A stretch of 64,000 nt of DNA, from contig JANRKS010000026.1 in the NCBI GenBank assembly GCA_033763315.1, forward strand, positions 64,001-128,000. Reading direction: 5' to 3'. This document shows, piece after piece, positions 18,566 through 27,554 of the stretch. The notes beneath the pieces are model-generated. The model was given only the letters and a program-made list of their open reading frames with translations. It ran no database searches and was not told the DNA's origin. Origin of the DNA: Deltaproteobacteria bacterium (lineage in GTDB: Bacteria > Myxococcota_A > Polyangia > Fen-1088). The position numbers and the translations under genes were made by a program. Position 1 is the stretch's first letter; each line of letters starts with the position of its first letter.

Positions 18566-19443
18566 AATTTCATCCCCGCAGCCACACCAATTGCGAGATG
18601 CCACTTTGTTTCGTCGGCATCAAAATACCTGGCGCCATCGAAGCGATATGCCGGGCCAATCGCACCGCGGAGGTACACGTTGCGGGATACGTAGCGCTCG
18701 TAACCGAAGTTGACGGACACGGTGTACAGGGTTTTCGTCGACATCTCAGCGGCCCACTGAGCAAGACGTACGCTGCGTTGATGCACATTATCGACGATGC
18801 CTTCGGCAATGAGTCTATTGCGGCCACCATAGGCTGCGCCCATGCCTGCCATAAGCCCGTAGGACGTCTTGTCGTCGCTAAACAGCGAGAGTGCGCCTAA
18901 GCTGGCGCGGTACGCCCATCGCGAAGGCTTGTACTCGTACCCCCAGTAGCTCCCTGTGGCCTCCGCGAGCGCCACGTACCCCGCGAGCCAACCCGAACGT
19001 TGCTCGGGCGGAGCGGCGATTCGTTCAAGTTCCAAATACGAGATTTTCGACAAATCGTGTTGGCGTTGAAATACCGACCGGAAATAGACCACAAGACCGA
19101 GCGCGGTGAGTTGAAGGTCTTGAAACAACAGGCCACCCACATACTTCTCCTCGACCTGGTTCAGAGTCAGTAGACTTGCAGCACCGACCCAGAACATTGC
19201 CTTGCCGGGCGCTTCCACATCGCCTACCTCGTTCTTTGGCACGTACTCCACAGAACCGTCTTCAGTGGCCAACACATACTCGCCCCGCCGCTCACCCAAG
19301 ATCTCACCACGCAGCGCCGCTCTGCCCGGACGGCGCAAGGTTGACTCCGTTGAACATCCAAGCCCCATCGCCAAACCCAAAACAAGCCCCGTCGTGACAA
19401 AGGCGTTTCGGATCCCGGTAGCCGTATATGTCTCGCGCCGCAT
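18562..19443 (-). CDS. hypothetical lipoprotein/membrane protein with a beta-barrel-like C-terminus
   Basis: Lipobox-like LGLGC, then aromatic-rich beta strands ending WHLAIGVAAGMKL. Translationally coupled to the HExxH lipoprotein. Confidence 0.55.
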   Translation of the reverse strand: MRRETYTATGIRNAFVTTGLVLGLAMGLGCSTESTLRRPGRAALRGEILGERRGEYVLATEDGSVEYVPKNEVGDVEAPGKAMFWVGAASLLTLNQVEEKYVGGLLFQDLQLTALGLVVYFRSVFQRQHDLSKISYLELERIAAPPEQRSGWLAGYVALAEATGSYWGYEYKPSRWAYRASLGALSLFSDDKTSYGLMAGMGAAYGGRNRLIAEGIVDNVHQRSVRLAQWAAEMSTKTLYTVSVNFGYERYVSRNVYLRGAIGPAYRFDGARYFDADETKWHLAIGVAAGMKL

Positions 19444-19789
19444 TCGAGCGGCGCGGACGTTATCACAGCACAGCGGACCTTGTGCATAGGCCGCGTGGCC
19501 TGCAAGGAGAACGGGGTCGAGTTAAGTGCGGCCGAGACCGAGCGGTCGCACTGGAGACGGACCTCTGTTGAATGCGGAAGGCTCAGCGGTTCGACACCTT
19601 TGCGTTTCAAGATCCCGAGGCTTACAGTGATAGCCCCACGAGGGCGTAAGACTTCCTTCCAGAAACATCGCCTGGTAGGCCGGGGTCGTGGTTAGAACGG
19701 GTTGCAAGCGGCTGACGGTTCGACCCACCCAAATGACAGCCTCCGCAACTCATTGCTGCTGCGCAAGGCGGGCTTGATGGTCGCGCGGG

Positions 19790-20643
19790 ACCGTCGTCTT
19801 TCACGGCCAGATGCAAACCTTCGTCGTCACAGAGAGCCTCCACTTCAACCAGGCGTGCCGCGGCATGCTTGGCCACGTTCACCAATGCCTAGCGGTGGGG
19901 GGCTTGCACGTTTTGGGCGCCGATGAAAGCGAAAACACCGCGTCGTTTGAAAGTGGTTGGTTCGCGAAGCGCGCTTGGCGATCCACGCGCCAAAGCCCAT
20001 CGCCACAACCCGCATATAAGGCATCCCCCACAAACGCCAAAGCGCCCACCGCTTGGTGAGGCGTGAACGCGTTGACCATTCCCTGTGGAGTCACATGCGC
20101 AAGCCCAGCTTCCATGCCAACCCAAACGCCGCCCTCGGCGTCGGCAACCAGCGCCAAGATCCAACTCTGCGCCAGGCCTTGTGCGGGAACGAACCCGGAA
20201 GGCGTTACGTGAAGCAGTTGGGAAGTGCCAACCTTGCGGCCAAGCTGCCGCACGCCCCCCTCCGTGACACCCAACATCCCATCGCCGGTGGCAACCCAGA
20301 GCCCGCCATTCGACGCCGCGGCGACAACGCGAGGAACCACGTTGTCACCCAGCGCTACATCAACAAACTTCACTCCATCGAAACGCCGCAAACCTAGCGG
20401 CGTGCCCACCCACACAAAACCACGCGCGTCCTGCGTCAGCGTGTGAACCAAGCCGCTGCGCTGCCATATCTCTGGCGTCAACTCTGGGGGCACCGGCGCG
20501 GCCGCGGCGGCGTGCAATCTGGCAAGGGTGGCCACCGCGACCAACAGACATGGCTTAACACCGCGACGAGTGGCCGCACCCAAACGCGCGACGCAAGAAC
20601 GACCGAGGTTGCCCAAGCTTTTACGATAACCGAAAAGCTTCAT
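19790..20643 (-). pseudogene. internally deleted beta-propeller (Reg_prop) sensor histidine kinase
   Basis: N-terminal repeats QDARGFVWVGT..GLRRFDG and DAEGGVWVG, then after a junction near 19890 a HATPase fragment [TAG]ALVNVAKHAAAR..LAVKDDG. Intact paralogs in the window are ~1000 aa. Confidence 0.75.
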
Positions 20644-20689
20644 CTTTGCCTTGCGGGGCGTATGCCGCGATCAACTGCTGGGGCGTGGT

Positions 20690-21595
20690 TTACAACTTGC
20701 CCAGCACACCCGCCATCATCTCGGCGATCGCCGGTCGCGCTTCACGCACCAGGTGCCCGGGGTTACCTGTTTCCACGATGTAGTCGTCACAGGTTCTCAC
20801 CGTGGGAACAAACGACATGTACAAGGAGCCCGTACGATCGGCTTGTACCACCCGCTGAATCGCTTCGACGGCCGCGGGGTGAACGATTGATGCCATCACG
20901 AAGCCATCGCCGCGCGCACATGGTTTGCCTTGGGGCCCGCCGATCACAGGTTGCAAGATCACAACCTTCACACTCGGCAATTTCATCTTCAATGTCACCA
21001 GCATCGCTTTGATCTGCGCTTCGATGACCGCGGGATCCGTTTCGCCGCGAAAGCCCTCAGCGCTGAGCAATTCAAACAAGACACGATCGGGTCCCGCGCT
21101 ATTGCGGGCGCACGGCGATTGCAGCGCCAGGCTCCAACCGTCGAAATTAGGATCGGCCCACGCCCCCACCCCGCGGCCGGTGCGAATCAACATCTGCCAG
21201 GCGCCATCTTCCACCAAGCGTTCGAACGTGCCCGGCAGCAGGCTCCATTGCGCAGTGATGCTCATGCCAATGATTTGCGTGCACGTTCCCGCTGGAATGG
21301 ATGCGGTCTTGGCATCGACAGGCGCCTGCGCATCAGGTGTGATGGAGGCGTCTTGCTTCACAACGGGAGGCACGCCCGCGTCGCGGGCAACACCACCCAC
21401 CGCTTCGCCGCCGGAGCCACCGGCACGCCCGCCCATATCTTCAGGCGGCCCGCCTGCGGTGCCACCTTGAGCCGCCGCGGCGCCACCGGTTTGGCTGGCT
21501 CCGCCGTCACCACCCGCATCGATCTCCTCTTGTTGATCGTCAGCGCCAGCGCAGGCCACGAAAAGCATCAAAACAAATAGCGTCGTCTTTATCAT
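20690..21595 (-). CDS. secreted lipoprotein, possibly SGNH-hydrolase-like
   Basis: GGAG SD, lipobox-like LFVAC, Gly/Ala-rich linker, then a globular domain CTQIIGMSITAQW...GNPGHL. Third gene of the DUF1592/DUF1552 operon. Confidence 0.6.
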   Translation of the reverse strand: MIKTTLFVLMLFVACAGADDQQEEIDAGGDGGASQTGGAAAAQGGTAGGPPEDMGGRAGGSGGEAVGGVARDAGVPPVVKQDASITPDAQAPVDAKTASIPAGTCTQIIGMSITAQWSLLPGTFERLVEDGAWQMLIRTGRGVGAWADPNFDGWSLALQSPCARNSAGPDRVLFELLSAEGFRGETDPAVIEAQIKAMLVTLKMKLPSVKVVILQPVIGGPQGKPCARGDGFVMASIVHPAAVEAIQRVVQADRTGSLYMSFVPTVRTCDDYIVETGNPGHLVREARPAIAEMMAGVLGKL

Positions 21596-21618
21596 CGCCT
21601 TCTCCATGTATGCTGGTG

Positions 21619-22929
21619 TTACGTCAAACCGGCGAGGCCACCTGGGCCCGACAACGGCTTGCCAAACTGGGCGGTCGTGACGCCCATCAACTGGCACACA
21701 GATGTGAGCAACATCGAGCGATCTTTGCCGCCCATGTTCAAGTGCTGACCCTTTTTCAAACCCGAAAGTCCCGCGAGCACTTGGCGAACGTCGTTGGTGC
21801 AGCTGTGTGTGTACGAAACAGAAAGATCGGTGGTCCACCAGATCAGCGTGTTATCAAGCAGCGTTCCGTTGCCCTCTTTGACTGACTTGAGTTGCGTGAT
21901 GATGCTTGCCAGATACCCGGCTTCCCACGCGTGCATTTTGTCGAGCTGGGCCTTTGCCGTGGCATCAAACTCATGCCCCAGGCCGTGATCCAAAGCGTTC
22001 ACCATCACAGGGTTGAAGTTCATCGAGAAGTCGCCCGTGCCGCCGCCCCCTCGCCCGCACTGAATCACACCCACGCGTGTAAGGTCGCATTGAAACGCCG
22101 CCACCATCAGCTTCGCGTGCGCTGCAGCGGTCAACGCGTGGTCATACGTATTTTGCGTGATCGAAGGGACTTGGCACCCTGCTGTGATGGCCGCGGGCTG
22201 AGTCACACTCGCTTGCAGTTGTTCAACGGCGCCAAGCTGGCTATCCAAGCGACATCGATCTTCTGATGACAAGGTGGCTTTGACCTTGGCGATGTCACCT
22301 TTGACGTAATCCAATATAGCTTTGCGGCGTGCCACGCTGGGATCGGGCGCTGAACCCATGGGCTGCGGCCGCACACCATCGAACACCTGGGTGAACGCCG
22401 TGGCCGGGCTAAACACGGGCGGCACCGGATCGCGTGGCCCGGCATAAGACAGGCGCATGCTGCCCACGCCAGCGTCGCGCGGGGCCACACCCAACACAAG
22501 CGATCGCAGCTTCGTGGTTTTGCCGATGGCGTTGGCCACGAATTGGTCAACGGAGATGCCGCTTGAAAGCTGATCCGCGGTGATCGGAACGCCCGTCAGC
22601 GCGTGGATGTAAGCGCGCGTGTGTTTGTCACCGAGATCTTCATCGCCAAAGCCCGTTCGGCCTTCAACGGATTGGTCACCCACGCCGCTCAGAACAAGAA
22701 TTTCATTTTTCACGGCTGCCAAAGGGGCAAGCTGCGTCGTCAACGCAAAGCCTGGCCCCGTGGTGGTGGGCTTCCAGCGGCCGTCGTGCCCGCCATTGGG
22801 TGTGAATAAGATCAGCAGCCGCTTCGGTGGGGCGGTTTGCCCATAAACCCGGCTCATGTTCAAGAACGGCACCGCCGCGGCGGCCGTGGCCACGCGAGAC
22901 ATCATCTGACGACGCGAAACAAACTTCAT
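21619..22929 (-). CDS. DUF1552 (HXXSHH) domain protein with Tat signal
   Basis: SRRQMM twin-arginine signal, PKRLLILFTPNG, SVDQFVA, AFQCDLTRV and EGNGTLLDNTL. Confidence 0.9.
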   Translation of the reverse strand: MKFVSRRQMMSRVATAAAAVPFLNMSRVYGQTAPPKRLLILFTPNGGHDGRWKPTTTGPGFALTTQLAPLAAVKNEILVLSGVGDQSVEGRTGFGDEDLGDKHTRAYIHALTGVPITADQLSSGISVDQFVANAIGKTTKLRSLVLGVAPRDAGVGSMRLSYAGPRDPVPPVFSPATAFTQVFDGVRPQPMGSAPDPSVARRKAILDYVKGDIAKVKATLSSEDRCRLDSQLGAVEQLQASVTQPAAITAGCQVPSITQNTYDHALTAAAHAKLMVAAFQCDLTRVGVIQCGRGGGGTGDFSMNFNPVMVNALDHGLGHEFDATAKAQLDKMHAWEAGYLASIITQLKSVKEGNGTLLDNTLIWWTTDLSVSYTHSCTNDVRQVLAGLSGLKKGQHLNMGGKDRSMLLTSVCQLMGVTTAQFGKPLSGPGGLAGLT

Positions 22930-24668
22930 TGCGCACATCCTTGGTTGTTGTTTGCAGGGGCCACGGTACGAAATCGAAATGCGTCGGTGCTTGTGAGAGC
23001 CACAAACAGCTCAGCCAGATCGAAACCAGATTCTTTGAAGGCCGCGTTCATAACCGCGAGGGTGCAAGCGTCGTCGCCGCTGTCCTCCAGCTGCCGGCTC
23101 ATGCCGAAGCGAAACCACTGAATCGCCATGCACGTCTTCGCTTGCGCGCTTTGGGCGAGGCGGTTTGCCAATTCCACGGCGCCTGTAAATTCGCCGGCGA
23201 GACCTTCGTCGTTTGCGCCCACCACGGCACCGGTGGCGTCGACGGGGGCGTTGCCATCACGCAACCGGTAGGCGCCCACGGCATCGTAATGCTCAAAGCC
23301 GAAGCCCAGCGAATCCATCACATTGTGGCAGCCGGCACATTGCGGATCGGCACGATGTTGTGCGAACCGTTCTCGCGTGGAAAGACCAACCACCACCGCC
23401 GGCTCTGCCGCCATCACGTTGTCGGGAGGCGCCGGTAGATCCTGGCACATGAACTTGCGCAGCACGAATAGGCCGCGATGAATGGGCGAGCTTTGTTTCG
23501 CATACGAATGCGCCGCCAAAATTCCTGGGTCGGTCAAGATCCCCGCACGTTGGCCGGTGGGCAGCGCCATTTTTGTGGCAACGGTGGCCTTCGACGACAC
23601 GCCAAAGATGTTCGCCGTCTCGGCGTCAACGAAGCCGTGCTGTGAGGTCATCAAAGATCCGAACGTGTGATCGGAAGACCACAACAAATCATCAACGAAA
23701 GCCGCGACGCCCTTTTGCAGCGAAGCTGCGGTGCGTGTTGAGAAGCTGGGGAACGCGGTCGGATCTTTCGACAAAGCGCCAATGGCCTCAAAGTCAAGCC
23801 ATTCCGCGAAAAACGAGGCCAAGCCCACCTTGGCTTTCGGATCCTTGAGCATGCGGCGTGCTTGTGCCGCCACATCTTCGCTGCGGCTAAGTTTGCCAGC
23901 GGCCGCCGCTTGGAACAGTTGGCTGTCTGGCATCGATCGCCATAGCAAGTATGAAAGCCGAGACGCCATCTCGAAGCCCTGCACCGGCACCGCATTCGTG
24001 CCCGGAAGCGCTTGCCCCCCCGTCTCAAGGCGATAGAAGAATTTTGGTGATTGCAGGATGGCCGCCGCGGCCCACTGCAAACCAGTTGCGAAAGACGTGG
24101 TTTTGCCTTGGCTGTAAAGGCTCATCAACGCGGTCACTTCGTCTTCGACCAAGGGGCGGCGCCACGCGCGGGCGCCAAAGCCAGCGATAAACTTGCGTGC
24201 ACAATCGTCGGTGGCGTTCGTGCAGGCGCTGCCATCCGACCACGCCACCACCTGCGTGGCGACGTCCTTGGTTAATGATTCGGCCGCGCGCATCGCAGCG
24301 TCTGCCAATGGCAACGAAAAGCGTGTGCCGGTGGTGAAACTGCCAAAGCTCACATCATCGCCTGGGAACGTATCGGCCAACGCGGCGTCTTGTCCCAGCA
24401 GATGCGAGATGGTGTTTCGGTATTCCGTCCGTGTCAGCCGCCGCAACACCGCTGGGCCTGGCCGCGGTGTCTTGGCGTCGCAAACCTGCGTGGGTGTAGG
24501 CACATCCACGGGCGATGTAGGTTCACCCTTCGGCGCGTTGCCTGCGTGGCCTCCCGTGGGAACGTCTGTTGATGAGGGGCCAAGGTTACCGGTGCAAGCC
24601 GTTGCAAACCAACTTGCAACAAACAAGGGGACCGCGAACCGGCATTGCCAAGAGGGGAACAAAAACAT
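22926..24668 (-). CDS. DUF1592/DUF1588/DUF1587/DUF1595/DUF1585 multidomain lipoprotein with a c-type heme motif
   Basis: Lipobox FATAC, LRRLTRTEYRNTI, AWRRPL, EMASRLSYLLWRSMPD, RAGILT, SSPIHRG and CAGCH..MDSLGFGFEHYDAVG. Confidence 0.92.
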   Translation of the reverse strand: MFLFPSWQCRFAVPLFVASWFATACTGNLGPSSTDVPTGGHAGNAPKGEPTSPVDVPTPTQVCDAKTPRPGPAVLRRLTRTEYRNTISHLLGQDAALADTFPGDDVSFGSFTTGTRFSLPLADAAMRAAESLTKDVATQVVAWSDGSACTNATDDCARKFIAGFGARAWRRPLVEDEVTALMSLYSQGKTTSFATGLQWAAAAILQSPKFFYRLETGGQALPGTNAVPVQGFEMASRLSYLLWRSMPDSQLFQAAAAGKLSRSEDVAAQARRMLKDPKAKVGLASFFAEWLDFEAIGALSKDPTAFPSFSTRTAASLQKGVAAFVDDLLWSSDHTFGSLMTSQHGFVDAETANIFGVSSKATVATKMALPTGQRAGILTDPGILAAHSYAKQSSPIHRGLFVLRKFMCQDLPAPPDNVMAAEPAVVVGLSTRERFAQHRADPQCAGCHNVMDSLGFGFEHYDAVGAYRLRDGNAPVDATGAVVGANDEGLAGEFTGAVELANRLAQSAQAKTCMAIQWFRFGMSRQLEDSGDDACTLAVMNAAFKESGFDLAELFVALTSTDAFRFRTVAPANNNQGCAQ

Positions 24669-24726
24669 GTGGCCTCCGTAACTGCAAGGCCCGCCGCGAA
24701 TTGCGTGGGCGTCGCAGGGGCCTATC

Positions 24727-24740
24727 GCAAGATGTGTGCC
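24727..24740 (-). promoter_or_regulatory. sigma54 promoter of the DUF1592-DUF1552 operon
   Basis: Minus strand GGCACACATCTTGC, a consensus GG-N10-GC site about 60 bp before the start codon. Confidence 0.75.
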
Positions 24741-24804
24741 CCGCGCACATAGCCCTAAGCGGCCTCAAGTTTCCTAGGCTTTCCGCCGGAGATCTAAGGA
24801 ACAC

Positions 24805-24846
24805 CTGCGGGTTCGCCGCCCTCTGCCCGTAGGTACGAACCTACAG
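24805..24846. promoter_or_regulatory. putative enhancer (UAS), copy 1
   Basis: CTGCGGG-N14-CCCGTAGG-TACGAA-CCTACAG. The same architecture recurs at 27509-27550. Confidence 0.65.
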
Positions 24847-24906
24847 GCCAACGCTGGCGGCGCGGCTTTACGCTCGGGTTCCCAACAGTTAAGCTCGGCA
24901 AGATCT

Positions 24907-26412
24907 GTGACGCGTTATCAGCTCGTGCGAACCCTCGCCAGCGGCGGGATGGCCCAAGTTTTGGAGGGCTTGGCCATCGGGGCCGAGGGATTCGAACGCC
25001 GCGTTGCCATCAAGCGTATCTTGCCCGAGGACGCGGCGGATCCTCAGAAGCGCCAGATGTTCTTGCAAGAGGCGCACGTGGGCAGCCGGCTGCACCACGG
25101 TGGCATCGTGCAAATCGTCGACTTCGGCACGTTGGATGGCAACGACTTCCTTGTGATGGAGTTCGTCGACGGCATTGACTGCAAACGCGCCACCCGCCGA
25201 ATGCACATGCCCGAAGGCGTGGCTCTTCACATCGTGGCCGAGGTGGCGCACGCCCTTCACTACATTCACAACGTAAAGGACGAGCAAGGCCAGCCACTGG
25301 GCATCGTTCACCGCGATGTGAGTCCGCAGAACATTCTGTTGTCGTGGGATGGCGACGTGAAGATCTCCGACTTCGGCATCGCCCTTTCCACTTTGCGACG
25401 CGAACACACGGCCACAGGCGTGGTCAAAGGCAAGCTGCGCTACATGGCGCCAGAGCAAGCGCGCGCACGGGTGGTGACGGCCGCCGCCGACATCTATGCG
25501 TTGGGTGCAACGCTGGATTTCCTGTTGGGCGATACATTTGACGGCGACGTGCCCTTCATGCGTCCCAGCGACAGCCGCTGTGCCGATGCCGTGGCGCGTG
25601 GTGTTTCAACCGCGTGTGCACAGCTCATGGGGGACATGACACAGATCGAGGCCGGTTTGCGCCCGAACGCAAGCGATGTAGCACGCCGTGCGGGCACGTT
25701 GGCCGCACAGGTGTTGGGGCGCGACGGACGAAGCGCTTTACGACAGTGGCTTGAGCAATGCCGCGCGCAAGAAAAGACCAGCGCTTTGGACGATCTGATG
25801 GGTCTGTGCCTCACGCAGCTGCCAGGCGGCGAAGAGCGCGCGTTCACCGTAACGCGCCACACGGCCGTTGAGGCATCTTCATCCACGCGGGCGAGAACCG
25901 TGGCGGAACTTTCGCGGGGGCGTCTGCGTGTGCGGCGTCGCGTGGCCGCCGCCTTCGCCGCGGCTGTACCTTTGGTGGCAGCCGCGGCCTTCGCCTGGGT
26001 GTCGCAAGGTTCAAAAACGCAGGCGCCCTCGCCACAACAATCCCACGGCCCGCGTGTTGTTGCTTTGCCCACGCCTGCCGCCGAACCTCCCGCCGCGCAG
26101 CCACGCACACCGCCCGTGCCTGCCTCCCCTGTTGCGCTCGCCAAACCCAACACCGCACGCGTGCCCCGCAAAGCGACAGAAGCCGTCACCGCTCAAGGTT
26201 GGTTCGCTGTGGGAGGGGCCAAGTTCATGGGTGGTGCGGTTTCCTTAGATGGCAAAGTTGTGGGGCACGCGCCCATCCAAGTGCAAGCCAAGGTGGGCAA
26301 GCACGTGGTGGCGGTGTTCGATGCAACTTCGCGCAAACTGCTTTTGAAAAAACCGATCGACATTCGCGAGGCAAACACGCGTTTCGTGCCGCTGCGTCTG
26401 CTGTCGAACTAA
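24907..26412 (+). CDS. membrane Ser/Thr protein kinase with a C-terminal PEGA-like domain
   Basis: LASGGMAQV, VAIKRI, HRDVSPQNILL, DFG, GKLRYMAPE and DIYALG; TM segment VAAAFAAAVPLVAAAAFAWV; tail VSLDGKVVGHAPI..VGKHVV. Confidence 0.92.
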   Translation: MTRYQLVRTLASGGMAQVLEGLAIGAEGFERRVAIKRILPEDAADPQKRQMFLQEAHVGSRLHHGGIVQIVDFGTLDGNDFLVMEFVDGIDCKRATRRMHMPEGVALHIVAEVAHALHYIHNVKDEQGQPLGIVHRDVSPQNILLSWDGDVKISDFGIALSTLRREHTATGVVKGKLRYMAPEQARARVVTAAADIYALGATLDFLLGDTFDGDVPFMRPSDSRCADAVARGVSTACAQLMGDMTQIEAGLRPNASDVARRAGTLAAQVLGRDGRSALRQWLEQCRAQEKTSALDDLMGLCLTQLPGGEERAFTVTRHTAVEASSSTRARTVAELSRGRLRVRRRVAAAFAAAVPLVAAAAFAWVSQGSKTQAPSPQQSHGPRVVALPTPAAEPPAAQPRTPPVPASPVALAKPNTARVPRKATEAVTAQGWFAVGGAKFMGGAVSLDGKVVGHAPIQVQAKVGKHVVAVFDATSRKLLLKKPIDIREANTRFVPLRLLSN

Positions 26413-27440
26413 CGGCCGGGCAAGGCACCAAAGAAACGCCACGCACGTTCCACAGTCTCCGCCGGCTTTGGATTCTCAATGCCGGCAGCTGTGATGCAGT
26501 TGACGAATGGTTCGTTGGCGCAGCCGCTGGCATAAAACTGACAAGTGCCGTCGTTGGTGGGCCACACGGTTGTGTTGGCACTGCATCCGTTGTTCTGTCG
26601 TAAGGCCTCCGCAATCATCGCGTTGCGCTGCGGATCCACTTCAGCCGAATTGATCGCCGCTTGAATAAACCCAGCCACAGGTGCCCCGCATGTGGCAATC
26701 GAAGTCACGTCAGGCGAGCCAATCCGCGCAAAGCCGCGCACCTGTGATCGCAGCCGGCACGCCACAGCGGTGGCCATCTTCCCACCGGCGCCTCGCCCCA
26801 CAGCATAAACGCGCGACCTATCGATGCACCGTTTGGCGAGCAGATCGTTCAAATGCGTTTGCACGGCTGCCAGATCAGCCGAGCCGGCTTTGATGTCGTA
26901 GTTGCCATCCGCGCCCGCCACGGACGCGGCGATGATCGCGTTGCCCAAGGCATCGGTGAAGCCGAGGTTGAGGTTGCTGCGGCTGCCGTTGTTGGGCAAG
27001 CCAAGCGGCTCGTACTCTTGGCCATTGCCTGAGTGAAACACCAGCAGCAGCGGGTACGCGTGTTGTTGATTGTAATCCGTTGGGAAAACATCCACGAAAC
27101 CGTGCCCCATCACCTGCCCTGCCACGATGCCGCTGGCGCCTGGCACGCCACAGCCCACGCTTGCTGCCGCTGGCACCGTGGTGGCGTCAGGCCTGGTTTC
27201 AGGGCGTGCCGCATCGGTCGAGGGCATGGGCGAAGGCACCGCTGCATCCGCGAGCGTCGACCCGCCATCCTTGCCAACGGTTGCTTCACGCGCATCAGGC
27301 TCCTCGTCGTCACGCGTATCGCCCGTTGGCGGGGGGATCTCCTCTTCGCTTTGTGCATTTTCGCCTGGACTGCAGCTCCACAAGGCGCAGCAAGCCATAA
27401 ACACGCTCACAATGAAACCGCGCGAAGCAGGGGATGCCAT
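26409..27440 (-). CDS. PHB-depolymerase/LpqC-like esterase-fold lipoprotein, probably catalytically altered
   Basis: Lipobox-like LWSC, PTDYNQQHAYPLLLVFH, CIDRSRVYAVGRGAGG (Gly at the nucleophile position), NNGCS and AWRFF. Confidence 0.75.
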   Translation of the reverse strand: MASPASRGFIVSVFMACCALWSCSPGENAQSEEEIPPPTGDTRDDEEPDAREATVGKDGGSTLADAAVPSPMPSTDAARPETRPDATTVPAAASVGCGVPGASGIVAGQVMGHGFVDVFPTDYNQQHAYPLLLVFHSGNGQEYEPLGLPNNGSRSNLNLGFTDALGNAIIAASVAGADGNYDIKAGSADLAAVQTHLNDLLAKRCIDRSRVYAVGRGAGGKMATAVACRLRSQVRGFARIGSPDVTSIATCGAPVAGFIQAAINSAEVDPQRNAMIAEALRQNNGCSANTTVWPTNDGTCQFYASGCANEPFVNCITAAGIENPKPAETVERAWRFFGALPGR

Positions 27441-27453
27441 GGCTTTGAGCAAA

Positions 27454-27467
27454 GCAAACGTGTGGCC
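27454..27467 (-). promoter_or_regulatory. sigma54 promoter of the esterase-like gene
   Basis: Minus strand TTGGCCACACGTTTGCT (GG-N10-GC). Confidence 0.65.
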
Positions 27468-27508
27468 AACCCCTCTGCAGCCGTTTTCGCGGTGCATGCG
27501 AGGCCCGT

Positions 27509-27550
27509 CTGTGGGGTCAGCAACGGTTCCCCGTAGGCGCGATCCTACAG
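27509..27550. promoter_or_regulatory. putative enhancer (UAS), copy 2
   Basis: CTGTGGG-N14-CCCGTAGG-CGCGAT-CCTACAG, with identical spacing to copy 1. Confidence 0.65.
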
Positions 27551-27554
27551 CCGC

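Noticed and set aside
19560-19740. tRNA-like GGTTCGA motifs
   Set aside because: No cloverleaf stems or acceptor arm can be built around either motif.
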